The notes below the pieces were generated by a model. That model was given only the letters and a program-made list of their open reading frames with translations. It did not search any database and was not told the origin of the DNA. A stretch of 39,876 bases of DNA from Macrostomum lignano. Its lineage: Eukaryota. Location: positions 1 to 39,876 of the forward strand of contig NIVC01004640.1 of assembly GCA_002269645.1 (NCBI GenBank), given 5' to 3'. Positions 1 through 18,670 of the stretch are shown here, one piece after another. Position numbers and translations under genes: made by a program. The stretch's first letter is position 1, and every line of letters starts with the position of its first letter.

Positions 1-330
1 TCCTGTGACTCAACTTGACAGCATCCTGTGACTCAACCTGACAGCATCATGTGACTCAATATGACAACAGCATGTGACTCAACCTGACAGCATCCTGTCA
101 CGCAATATGGCAGCATCCTGTGACTCAATCGGACAGCATCTTGTGACTCAATCTGACAGTATCCTGTGACTCAGTCTGACAGATCCTGTGACTCAATCTG
201 ACAGCATCCTGTGACTCGACCTGACAGCATCCTGTGACTCAATCTGACAGCATCCTGTGACTCAACCTGACAGCATTCTGTGACTCAACCTGACAGCATT
301 CTGTGACTCAACCTGACAGCATCCTGTGAC
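1..330. repeat. 23-bp minisatellite (TCCTGTGACTCAACCTGACAGCA), truncated by window start
   Basis: TCCTGTG recurs at 1 and 24 and onward; about 14 imperfect copies. Confidence 0.95.
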
Positions 331-450
331 AGCTGACAAATACATGTGATATCGTTTGACACAATTGGTATGCTGATTTTAAGAGAATCAATAGGAAAAT
401 CCGCATTAAATATGGTCACTAGTCAGATAAATTACAGTCTTGTTTTACCT

Positions 451-462
451 ACTGTTAGTAGC
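451..462 (+). other. Target-site duplication, left copy (ACTGTTAGTAGC)
   Basis: An identical 12-mer lies at 6256-6267; the two copies exactly bracket the retrotransposon. Confidence 0.9.
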
Positions 463-577
463 TTGACTTACTTGACTTAGCTGCAGGGGGCGTCCGGCGG
501 ATGCAGCGAGGAGGCGGAGGAGACCGCCCATTCCGCTAGCCCCTGGCGACCAACGACTTCCGTTGAAGTGGTGTCGC

Positions 578-3500
578 TCAGGGGACCCGTCGGTCTCGCC
601 TGCAGCGCGTCCTCCTCACGACGGTGGGGAAGAAATCAGCTCGTCCGGTGTCCCTGAGGTACCGGGCGAGCAGCGGGATGCTCTCGGGCCTGCAAACGTC
701 GGAGAGAACCGGGTTTGGCCCGAGGTGAGTAAGCCTGGCCCTGGTGAAAACCGGGCAGTGGCAGATAAAATGCTCGGCGTTTTCACTGCCTGAGCGGCAG
801 AAGGGGCACCGCTCCTCGGGTACTTGGCCCTGAAGGAAGCGGTGGCGAGAGAAGCAGCCATGCCCGGAGAGGGCCATGCTAACTGCTCTGAGGTCTCTGC
901 GGTTGAGCCTGAGGAGGGCTCTACGCAGGAGAGGAGAGGGGCAGGGGACGGCAGCACGGGATTGCCTACAATTCCGGGTGTCGTGCCACCTGCGGAGATG
1001 CTCGGAGTCAGCCCAGCGCTTAACGCGGGAATTGATCACCGAGGCGGGGATGGGGCACCCGGGCCCGGCCCCAATAGCGCGCCGGCGGAGCCAGCCTTGG
1101 CCAGCAGGTCAGCGCGCTCGTTGCCGGGAAGCCGGCGTGGCCCGGGATCCATCTGAGCTCCACCTGGTTGCCTAGCGCAAGCCCGTTGAGCTGGGTGTTG
1201 CAGTCCAGGACGGACCTGGAGCTGGCGGTGCTGCGGCAGAGGGCCCGAAGGGCTGCTTGGCTGTCAGAGTGAAAAATAAATTTCCGGCCGCTAAGCTGCC
1301 TTCGGCGCAGCTCTGCCGCGCAGGAGCTGATGGCAAGCACCTCGCTCTGAAAAACACTGGAGTTGAGCCCAGTGTGCTGGGAGTAGCTCCACACCACTTC
1401 TCCCTTGAAGAAGACGCAAGCTCCGAAGCCTGAAAGACCATGCCTCATAGAGCCGTCAGTGTAACAGTGGACTTCAGAGTCGCTCCAGCTGTCACTCGCC
1501 TCGTGTCGAGGCTGAATGGTGACCTTATACCTTTGGCTCAGGAGAAGGGTGGCTGGGATCGAGTCCGTGAGGATGTTGAGCCCGCCACACTCCTCGAGAG
1601 CCTTGAGGCAGAGGTCAGAGTGCGGGATAAGCGACCGCTTCTTAAAGGCCCGCACTTTCTTGAAGGCCACCCCAGCATCCAGAAGACGCCGGGTGCTCTT
1701 CGCCGCCTCTCCTTTGATATAAATATCCAAAGGAGGGGCACAGAGGAAGGCATTCATGCCTTCAAAAGGAGTAGAGGGTGGAGCGCCCATAGTCATGCGG
1801 CAGGCTCTGCCCTGGATTTTGTAGAGAGCGTCGAGGTTGCTCTTGACGCTCAGGCCGCTAGCCCACACGAGGCTGGCGTAACTGATCGAGGGGCGGATGA
1901 TGGCAGTGTAAATCCACCACAGCTTCCTGGGGTGAGCCCCCAGGTGGTGCCCACGGCGCGCCTGATCTGAGCCAGTACAGCCAGGGCTTTTTTGGCTTTA
2001 GTTTGAATGTGCGGAGTCCAGTTAAGCCTGTGGTCCAGAGTGAGGCCCAGGCAGCGGACCTGCTTCTCCATGGAAATATTCTTTCCATAGAGGGTGAGGG
2101 GCTTAATGGTCCAGAGCAGTTTGTTGGTAAACATGACTGCTGTGGTTTTCGACTCTGAGAGTCTAAGGCCACATTGGTCTGCCCAACGCTCCGCTCGTCC
2201 CAGAAAGCCCTGCAGAAGGTCTCTGATGGTATCAACCGAGGGGCCCGCGCATATCGCGGTCACATCATCGGCATAGCCCACCTTGAGAATGGGGTCGTGG
2301 AGATCACTGCAAAGCAACTCATCCATGACCATGTTCCAGAGAACGGGGGTGAGAACGCCGCCCTGGGGGCCCCCTTTCAGGACAGGCACCGAAAGAGAGC
2401 TGCCGCTCAGATGGGCCACAACAGTGCGGTTTCGGATCATGAACATGATCCACCGGACAAGGTGAGGGTGCGTGGCCCTGGATTCCAGGGCTCTGCAAAA
2501 GGCCTCGAAGATGACGTTGTCGAAGGCCCCCTCAATGTCCAGGAAAAGCGAGAGGGCAAAGCCGCTGCCAAGAACGGCCCTCTCCAGGAAGTCCACAATG
2601 ACATGGAGAGCACTCTCGGTTGACCTGCCCGCGCGGAAGGCGTGCTGGTTCTGCGAGAGTGGGAAGCGCTTCAGCTCGACCGAAAGTAGGCGCCAAAGCA
2701 CCAGTCTCTCGAGGAGCTTGAGGCAGAAAGAAGTGAGGCTGATAGGCCTGAAGGCCTTCACCGATTGGTAGTCGCTCTTTCCAGGCTTGGGGATAAAGAC
2801 CACCCGGGCCTCTCTCCATGCAACTGGTACATAGCCCAGCTCCACACAAGCTCGAAGGAGACGACAGAGCAGGTCCAGGAAGCGGTGGTTTTTCACCGCC
2901 TCGTGCAAGAACGCTGGGTAGATGCCGTCGGGCCCAGGCGCCTTGAACGGGTTAAAGGACCTTGCCGCTCTAATAATGCGGTCTTTGGTGATCATAGACT
3001 TTGCTAGGCCTTGCCCTCCCACTGTGTGGTCGGGCGGGCCCTGCTGAGTCGGAGATTTAGGGAAAAAACTGCTGAGCATGAGCTCTAGAGTCTCTTCCGA
3101 ACTCTCTGTGACCGAGCCGTCAGGTCTCTTCACAACAGAGAGTTTAGAAAAACGGTCATTAGTGAGTGCCTTAACCACGCGGGCAACGGGGCGAGAGCCC
3201 TCAAGCCCTTCGCAATATTGGCGCCACTTGGCCGTCTTGGCCCTTCTGACTTGGCCCTTAAACTCGTGGATCGCACGGGTATAGGCCTCTCTGTCAGATG
3301 GGTCTTTGGTTTTGAGCGCTCGCCTTTGGAGGGTCCTGGCTCGGCGTCGAAGGGCCCCGAGCTCTGGGTTCCACCAGGGAGCAGATTTCTTGCCTTTATA
3401 GGCCTTTAGGGGCAGGCTGCTTCAAAGGCAGTGGTGATCGCCCCGCCCAGGGAGGAGGCGAGATCGTCCACCACCTGGCAGTCAGAGAGGTCACTGGGGG

Positions 3501-4275
3501 GGTCAAGATCCCGAAGGCCGCGGCTCAGCTTCGAGCCAAAGGCGGCCCAATCGGTGTTCCTGACGTTCCGACTCCAAGTGACCTTAGGCTTTTGCTTGGT
3601 CGGCCCAATGCAAAAGCGGATAAAGCGGTGGTCCGAGAGCGAGTCCTCGTCCCACACTCGCCAGCCCGTAACTGCGGAAAGCAGTCCGGGTGAGGCGATG
3701 GTGGTGTCGATGACTTCGGCCCACCGCCCATTATTGAACGTTGGTGCATTGCCCACGTTACAGAAGTTGAGGTTAGTGCTGCTGACATAGGCCAGCAGCT
3801 CCTCGCCTCTGCTATTGATGTTCTTGCTGCCCCAATGCAGGTGGTGTGCGTTCACATCCCCTGCAATGAGCAGCTCGAACCGATGGGACGCAGCATAGTC
3901 AGTAAGGTTAACTAACGCGTCGCAGACAACTGGGGCATCGCCCGGGAAATAGGCAGAAGCTACCAGCACAGGTTTATTGGGAATGAGGTTATTGATTTGA
4001 ACAACACAGATGTCCCCAGTCGAGAGATCAGGTCTCATCCATGCCTCAAAAGCTTTTGCAGCAAAGACCAGAGATCTTGGGCGAGGCTGAGAGCCCACCA
4101 TGCAAAAACAGTGGTAGCCAGATGGCACATTATTTGGCTTACCTTTAGTCATCCAGGGCTCCTGTACGAAGACCAGGCCCGGAAGCTGTTGCTCTGCCGT
4201 GCGCATCAGGTTGACCGACGCCGCCACGCAGTGCTGGGTGTTGATCTGCAGACACCAGGTAGTCGCTGGCATCAT
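578..4275 (-). CDS. Retrotransposon ORF2 (endonuclease-RT-RNase H-CCHC), about 1230 aa when four frameshifts are repaired
   Basis: APE: LQINTQH, FVQEPW, GDVNAH, IDTT, SDH (3406-4275). RT: YADD (1850-3400). RNase H: YTDGS, QSEVLAI, HSDSQAAL, WIPGH (1020-1868). Zinc knuckle CPFC..ENAEHFICHC (578-1039). Adding one C at G-runs 3409-3412, 1929-1932, 1126-1128 and ~1046-1055 restores CPLKAYKGKKSAPWWN, TPRKLWWIY, GFPGNERAD and continuity into VINSRVKRW. Confidence 0.92.
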
Positions 4276-5779
4276 TGCAGATCGGATGTTGCAGCCGCCA
4301 GGAGTTCCTCCTCCTCCTCGGCGCTCACCGGCTTCGGGTCGGGGTCGCCGGTGTCCATGGGCTCTTCTTCAGCAAAAGGCCCCCGATTGGCCGGAAGGCA
4401 GTAGGCAGCGTTCGCCGCCCTTTGCCCACCATCCATGGGGTCCTCCGCCTCAGATTGGCCCAATGCCTTGGAGCAGCCAGCCGCCTGGGCAGGCGGGTCC
4501 GTCTCCAGTCGGCCCTGCCCCGAGGGGTTGGGCCCAGCTGGGACGTCCCCACCCTCCCTGGACGAACTGGTGCGCCTAGGCGTCCCGGCGACCTCTCGCC
4601 TCAGCTGGGAGATTTTGGCGGTACGGACTGCCTCATCTGCGCGCTGGTACAGGCCGCGCCGCTTGGTGCTGCGCGCCGGGCGTCGGTCGCCTCCGCCCTC
4701 AGCAGCGCGCTCAGCTTTGCCCGCGCGGCCGTGCTTTTGGACGGGGCGGTTTGCTTTGCCTGGGCAGAAGCTCCCGCCTCGGCCCCGGCCGCCTCCGTGT
4801 CCCGCCCGCCCTGCTCACAGCCACGGGGAGGGTCGGCCTCGTAGGTGCGGATGCGCAGCTTCCAAAGGCCGAGGTTGATGAAGCTGCCGTGCGGATAGCG
4901 CCTCATCCAGGCGTCCGACAGCCCCAGGATGGCTGTGAAGCCAGTGCCGTCGGTGCGCTTAAGGGTGTCATGCACCACTAGGCCCGCGGCGGGAAGCTCT
5001 CGGTGGACTGCTAGCAGTCCTTTCCGGAGCTCATCAGCAGATGTAACGACGCTTCTGGCCGGAACCCAGATTCGATGCCTCTTGGTCCGGGGGCGCTCGT
5101 CCTCTCTGCAGAAGGCTAGATTGAGGTCCCAGCACTGCTCGGGCAGCAGCTCAAGGAGCCGCCGTCCCGATTCAGCATCACTGGGCCAAATAAAAAGGCA
5201 CGAGTCCCTCGTCGCATTCGAGTGAATGTTCAGAGGCGTGCCCTTCAGAGTAAGCTTCCACAGGAGGCCATCAACGGCACCTCTCACCTGCTTCAGCTGG
5301 TTCGGGGACAGGCGCGCGTCCTTCCCCAGAATGACAACCGCCGGTTGCCTCTTTGCCGCATCAGCATAGGAGGCCCGGGAGTCGGTCGAGCCTTTTTCAG
5401 GAGACCTGTCCATCCTTCCGGCTGCATCAGCCTTCCTATCCTGGGCAGGGACTTCAGTGCCCTCTTCCGCCACCGCCCCAGATTGGGAAGCTTCCGCTGC
5501 CGCGGGCCGTTGGCCCATGGCGCCGGTTAGGCTTCCATCCTCCTTGGCCCGCCTCGCCTTGTTAAGTCGACGGCGGGCAGCTCCAGAGGTGGTGCTCAGC
5601 TGCTTGGCAGCTGGAGTAGCAGGTGTCTTCTCGGAGGCACCGCTCAGAGTTGGCTCCACGGGTCTCGCCGAGGCGTCCCTGATGGTAGCAGATGGTATGG
5701 CCGCGGAGTCCACGGCCCCGGCCGAGGCCGGAGGCACTGTGTCATCCACAGCCGGTTGGTTACTTCGGTTAGAAGCCAT
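4272..5779 (-). CDS. Retrotransposon ORF1 (DUF4780-like core typical of LOA ORF1), one frameshift
   Basis: ATG at 5779 (MASNRSNQ). The core LSPNQLKQV..CLFIWPSD..RHRIWVP..ILGLSD..NLGLWKLRIR resembles DUF4780 from memory. The frame shifts between 4603 and 4826, and the second frame runs to TGA 4272-4274, which overlaps the ORF2 ATG. Confidence 0.8.
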
Positions 5780-6255
5780 TGGCTGGAAGTAAAAAGGTGG
5801 GACTTCCTGCAGAACACAGGCATAGAGCCGCAAGGCCGCAACCCCAAACCAAGCGGCAGGCCCCCAAAAAGCAAAATACCACCCTGCGGGGGGACCCAAA
5901 AGCGCAAGGGGAACCGTTAGCGACCAGACTACTCCCTGGCCAAGCGTCCATCAGCACGGAGTTACACTGGGACATTAGAGGGTGCGTTTATGGTCACACC
6001 AGGACCCGGCGCCAACGAATCAGCTCGGCAGGGCCCAAGGGGGCCTGCCTTAACACCCACGGGATGAGTACCCTTCGAAGTGCGCCTTGCAAGGTGAAAA
6101 TCAGGAGACAGAGTCTCTTGAGCTATCAGCCCGCCAGGGGAGGCAGGTGTGAGCATCGCTGGCTGGGATAAAGGCCATACCAGTCTCATACTGCACAGAT
6201 AGTTCACCACGCCATTACGTGCAGGACCCGGGGTCCTGGGGGCAACAGCCCCGGC

Positions 6256-6267
6256 ACTGTTAGTAGC
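6256..6267 (+). other. Target-site duplication, right copy (ACTGTTAGTAGC)
   Basis: Identical to 451-462. Confidence 0.9.
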
Positions 6268-6960
6268 ACTTCCTGTTTAATTTTATGTTGTTGTTTGTAA
6301 ATATTGGCTTGTTAAATTTAACTACTATAAATATGTTAATAAAGGACGCAATAAAGCTGACAAATTAATGTTTTACTGTTAGAATAGAAGCTCGCGTCAC
6401 GGTCTCGGGGCGGTGCACCTGAGGATTATTCCAGCAATTCTGGATTCCATCAGGGTCATCGTCCACAATCCTAGGAAGAGAATTATAATAAAATATGCAC
6501 AATGACTCATGAATAAATTAGCACTGATGTGCAAATTTCTCACAAACACTAAAAGTACCGTTCTGTGGGAAAGATAATAAATGAAATTAATTTTTGTAGC
6601 CCTATGATCCAGAATTTGATTGACAGCGGTCTGCGCGCAAGCTTCTCTGATGCTTATTTTGGTATCCATCAGTTGATTAGTGAATTAGTGAGGAAGGAGC
6701 AGAATTTAACAGTAATATTGGATCTGCCCCAAATTGCTTTGGATATATCTGCCATTCAATATTCCTTATTTGGAATCTATATGCTTGAGACTTCTCTTCA
6801 AGCTTTTCTATTCAAGTATTTCATCCACTCACGCAACGTCTTAATGCCTTAATTAACCAATTCCGGTGCTATTCCATCTTTCGTAGAAATCCTCACAAAA
6901 TATTTACTGGCTTGAACAAAACATTAACTGATGACTTATCTGCGACATCAGCGAATTCAG

Positions 6961-8475
6961 ACTTGTGTCAGGACTGTGCCATGGGGAAATCAAGCTTGTG
7001 TCAGGACTGTGCCATTTGAGAAATCACACTTGTGTCAGGACTGTGCCATTTTAGAAATCACACTTGTGTCAGGACTGTGCCATTTGAGAAATCAAATTTG
7101 TGTTAGGACTGTGCCATTTGAGAAATCACACTTGTGTCAGGACTGTGCCATTTGAGAAATCACACTTGTGTCAGGACTGTGTTATTTAAGAAATCACACT
7201 TGTGTCAGGACTGTGCCATGGGGAAATCAAGCTTGTGTCAGGACTGTGCCATTTGAGAAATCAAACTTGTGTCAGGACTGTGCCATTTGAGAAATCACAC
7301 TTGTGTCAGGACTGTGCCATTTGAGAAATCAAACTTGTGTTAGGACTGTGCCATTTGAGAAATCACACTTGTGTCAGGACTGTGCCATTTGAGAAATCAC
7401 ACTTGTGTCAGGACTGTGTTATTTAAGAAATCACACTTGTGTCAGGACTGTGCCATTTGAGAAATCACACTTGTGTCAGGACTGTGTTATTTAAGAAATC
7501 ACACTTGTGTCAGGACTGTGTCATTTGAGAAATCACACTTGTGTCAGGACTGTACCATTTGAGAAATCACACTTGTGTCAAGCCTCTGCTATTTGAGAAA
7601 TCAAATTTGTGTCAGGACTGTACCATTTGAGAAATCAAACTTGTGTCAGGACTGTGCCATTTGAGAAATCACACTTGTGTCAGGACTGTGCCATTTGAGA
7701 AATCACACTTGTGTCAGGACTGTGTTATTTAAGAAATCACACTTGTGTCAAGCCTCTGCTATTTGAGAAATCACACTTGTGTCAGGACTGTGTTATTTAA
7801 GAAATCACACTTGTGTCAAGCCTCTGCTATTTGAGAAATCAAACTTGTGTCAGGACTGTACCATTTGAGAAATCAAACTTGTGTCAGGACTGTGCCATTT
7901 GAGAAATCAAACTTGTGTCAGGACTGTGCCATTTGAGAAATCACACTTGTGTCAGGACTGTGCCATTTGAAAAATCACACTTGTGTCAGGACTGTACCAT
8001 TTGAGAAATCACACTTGTGTCAGGACTGTACCATTTGAGAAATCAAACTTGTGTCAGGACTGTGCCATTTGAGAAATCACACTTGTGTCAGGACTGTACC
8101 ATTTGAAAAATCACACTTGTGTTAAGCCTCTGCTATTTGAGAAATCAAACTTGTGTCAGGACTGTACCATTTGAGAAATCAAACTTGTGTCAGGACTGTG
8201 CCATTTGAGAAATCAAACTTGTGTCAGGACTGTGCCATTTGAGAAATCACACTTGTGTCAGGACTGTGCCATTTGAGAAATCACACTTGTGTCAGGACTG
8301 TGCCATTTGAGAAATCACACTTGTGTCAGGACTGTGCCATTTGAGAAATCACACTTGTGTCAGGACTGTGCCATTTGAGAAATCAAACTTGTGTCAGGAC
8401 TGTACCATTTGAGAAATCAAACTTGTGTCAGGACTGTGCCATTGAGAAATCAAACTTGTGTCAGGACTGTGCCAC
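6961..8475. repeat. 34-bp minisatellite (TTGTGTCAGGACTGTGCCATTTGAGAAATCACAC), about 45 copies
   Basis: Direct tandem periodicity with recurring variants (AAGCCTCTGCTA, GTTATTTAAG, CAAAC). Confidence 0.97.
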
Positions 8476-8993
8476 TTAAAAAGCATTAAGCAGAGCAGTG
8501 AGTCTGGTCCGGCAGCAGTTAAGGATCCTTCATGGGACCTCTCGGTCACGCTATAATGACAGCCTAAAACTCTCCGCTTAGCAACGCAGGGATTCCGCTA
8601 CAGGAACTTATTTATCCAGCTAAAATTAGGACAGCTGTCAGAACAATGCGGCCTGTCCCCAGTCTGCTCAGAGAGATTTGTTAAGAGAGTCAGCCAGTCT
8701 TCAAATCCGCTTACCGATTTCCGCAGAGTCCACTGCATTAAGTCCACTACAAAGGCAGTCAAAGAATGATCTCGGGAACCCAGTCTCCCCCAGCCTTTGT
8801 CAATTCGGCTTTGCCGACCAGCTGGCATCCGCTTGCAACGATTCTGACATTGTGCCAGCCTTGTCAATCAATTTTACGAAATTAAAGAAGTTTAATAAAG
8901 CTTTGTCGGCAGTCTGAAATGTGTTAATCTTACAGCTATTATTTCGATACATATCGTCTTAAATCTAGATAATTGGCACATTGTAAAATTGGC

Positions 8994-9836
8994 GCATCCT
9001 GAAGTTGTAAAAGTACATATCCTGAAGTTATAAAAGTACATATCCTGAAGTTGTAAAAGTACACATCCTGAAGTTGTAAAAGTACACATCCTGAAGTTGT
9101 AAAAGTACACATTCTGAAATTTTTAAAGTACACATCCTCAAGTTGTAAAAGTTCACATCTTGAAGTTTAAACAATGGCACATTCAGAAGCTGTAAAAATG
9201 GCACATCCTGAAGCTGTAAATTGGCACATTCAGAAGCTGTAAAAATGGCACATCCTGAATCTGTAAAAATGGCACATTCAGAAGCTGTAAAAATGGCACA
9301 TCCTGAAGCTGTAAAAATGGCACATCCTGAAGCTGTAAAAATGGCACATCCTGAAGCTGTAAAAATGGCACATCCTGAATCTGTAAAAATGGCACATTCA
9401 GAAGCTGTAAAAATGGCACATCCTGAAGCTGTAAAAATGGCACATCCTGAAGCTGTAAAAATGGCACATCCTGAAGCTGTAAAAATGGCACATCCTGAAG
9501 CTGTAAAAATGGCACATCCTGAAGCTGTAAACAATGGCACATCCTGAAGCTGTAAAAATGGCACATCCTGAAGCTGTAAAAATGGCACATCCTGAAGCTG
9601 TAAAAAATGGCACATCCTGAAGCTGTAAAAATGGCACATCCTGAATCTGTAAAAAATGGCACATCCTGAAGCTGTAAAAATGACACATCCAGAAGCTGTA
9701 AAAATGGCACATCCTGAAGCTGTAAAAATGGCACATCCTGAAGCTGTAAAAATGGCACATCCTGAATCTGTAAAAAATGGCACATCCTGAATCTGTAAAA
9801 ATGGCACATCCTGAAGTTGTAAAAATGGCATACCTG
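8994..9836. repeat. 23/24-bp minisatellite (CCTGAAGCTGTAAAAATGGCACAT)
   Basis: A 23-bp variant CCTGAAGTTGTAAAAGTACACAT on the left grades into the 24-bp unit; explains the MAHPEAVK repeat ORF. Confidence 0.97.
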
Positions 9837-10325
9837 ATATTGCACAAAAATACAATTTAAAGATGATGGATATTAAACAGAGTAATTTCATGATAATTTG
9901 TGAACTATCCACTAATTAACAATGTGTATGAAAAAATGATTTCTTCATAATAGGCCAAAAACAGGCCTTGACTTTGACTCGCCCACTGGGCGGTGCCCGC
10001 AGCAGCAGATGAGAGTGCAAAAACAACTAACTGCCAGCAGCAGCAGCCGCCTCTCCAGCCACTCCCAGCAATTCTGCTCTAAACAGCGCTGAGTGGCTGC
10101 CCAGACTCACTCGCAAATTATTGCTGGGCGAGGGATGGGGCGGGTCTCTTGGCCCTTAATACTTAATTAATACGCGGAAGTTAAGGGCAGTCAGCTATGC
10201 ATATAAGCTTGCGGTTTACCAGAAATACCTGGGAGTGGCCTCATCATTATTTCCAACTGACGAAGGGCGGAAGTAAAAAAAGCTAAAAAGACAAGGAAAG
10301 AAGACGCAAAACAACCATTGTAACA

Positions 10326-17120
<6,795 letters not shown>

Positions 17121-17718
17121 TGCCGAAATCTGCTATTTTGAACAATTTTGAGTTAAATGAAGTGATGGAGTTATGAATTTTCATCTGCAGCACATCAAAG
17201 AAACAGCTAATTATTTCCTTGACTCATCATCATGGACCTGCTCTCCACCTTGCAAAATCACTCAGTTGCCCAGCATCCTTGAACTCAATGAACTCAAAGC
17301 TATATTGGGATTTTTGTGCTCAGTGGTCTCTCATTCATTAATAATTTATATCGTACACTCCTTACAAGACAATGAAGAGTGACATTGTGAATTCCTTTAA
17401 ATAGTTTTTTATCTGCAAGGGATTTCGGAGAACTTTTGAGAGCAGGAAAAAGCTGGATAAGCTGGTACTTATTTATAAGACACCATTAATTTGCTTAACC
17501 AGACGCTTACTTCCAACTCGCAATGATTTCTCAGTCACTTAGCGATGCAAACTACTGAAAGAATTCGTGAGTAGCATAAATAGTAAGAGTTCAGTTTATG
17601 TATTTCATAAAGTCCTCTTTAATATTAAAATACAATATAAAGGTGAAAGGGTGGTTTTATGAATTTTTGCAATTGAATTTTATGAATGCGTTCGTAAAAG
17701 TCAAGCAACAGCTATCAA

Positions 17719-17751
<33 letters not shown>
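17719..17751. repeat. (TAC)n microsatellite
   Basis: 11 perfect units. Confidence 0.9.
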
Positions 17752-18173
17752 CGTCAAAATCTGAGTTAACAGCTAAACAATCTGCAGTACGAACATACAA
17801 AGCTGTCGAGCAGCCTCCGCGCCCATCATCAATATTTGTCCCAATAGTGGGTCTACCAAATACTTCTCCTGTCAGAGAATGTGTTATGCAAGCATGCTTC
17901 AATCCATCACTGCTCTATTCGCAGCTCCAACGCACGAAGATGCAGACTACATTGATTGATGCCTCTTTAGGCAGCTGCGCTCGGCCATAGAAAAATTCGC
18001 TTGGATCTTCATCAGAAATTCTCACGGCAGACTCAGTCTGCAGTTTGGGGTCACGGCAAAAGTGACTTTGTCGACCTCGCATAACCTATGTTTCAGAAAA
18101 CACAACCATGACTCTTTCTTCCTTGAAATCGTTCCCTGATTTCTCAATCCAGCTATCTGATAATCTCAGAAAC

Positions 18174-18670
18174 GATTCTCACAGTAAGCGAGGATCTCAC
18201 AGACGATTCTCACAGTGAGCGGGGATCTCACAGACGTTTCTCACAGTGAGCGGGGATCTCACAGACGTTTCTCACAGTGAGCGGGGATCTCACGGATGAT
18301 TCTCACAGTGAGCAGGGATCTCAGTGATGATTCTCACAGTGAGCGGGGATCTCAGTGATGATTCTCACAGTGAGCAGGGATCTCACGGACGATTCTCACA
18401 GTGAGCGAGGATCTCACGGACGATTCTCACAGTAAGCGAGGATCTCACAGACGATTCTCACAGTAAGCGAGGATCTCACAGACGATTCTCACAGTAAGCG
18501 AGGATCTCACAGACGATTCTCACAGTAAGCGAGGATCTCACAGACGTTTCTCACAGTGAGCGAGGATCTCACAGACGTTTCTCACAGTGAGCGGGGATCT
18601 CAGTGATGATTCTCACAGTGAGCAGGGATCTCAGGGACGATTCTCACAGTGAGCAGGGATCTCAGGGACG
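18174..18670. repeat. 31-bp minisatellite (GATTCTCACAGTGAGCGGGGATCTCACAGAC)
   Basis: About 16 copies; period confirmed at 18192/18223. Confidence 0.95.

Larger units (their letters stand above)
463..6255 (-). mobile_element. Full-length non-LTR retrotransposon, LOA clade (I group), about 5.8 kb
   Basis: On the minus strand: ~475-nt 5' UTR, ORF1, ORF2 (APE endonuclease, RT, RNase H, CCHC), ~115-nt 3' UTR ending in TAAGTCAAG-TAAGTCAA, and a 12-bp TSD. RT motifs RPISLTSFCLKLLER, FLDIEGAFDN, GPQGGVLTPVLWN, YADD and TWGL, the RNase H domain, the ORF1 type and a TAA-containing tail fit LOA/Baggins/Lian-like elements. Clade assignment is by motif recognition. Confidence 0.9.

Noticed and set aside
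1020-4826. Programmed ribosomal frameshifting in the retrotransposon
   Set aside because: Five shifts inside conserved domains, all repairable at short C/G runs and without canonical slippery heptamers, fit sequencing error or mutation better.
6100-6255. Canonical HDV-like ribozyme at the retrotransposon 5' end
   Set aside because: A P1-like pairing (GCCGGGG with CCCTGGC then GGG) exists, but no P3/L3 (UYCNCRY) precedes it, and no consistent P2/P4 could be built.
8598-8867. Possible isolated minus-strand exon (acceptor ~8860, donor GTAAGC ~8714)
   Set aside because: No recognisable protein motif and no partner exons could be linked.
6961-9836. CRISPR-like arrays (34-bp and 24-bp periodic repeats)
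   Set aside because: Head-to-tail repeats without unique spacers, no cas genes, and a eukaryotic intron-exon context.
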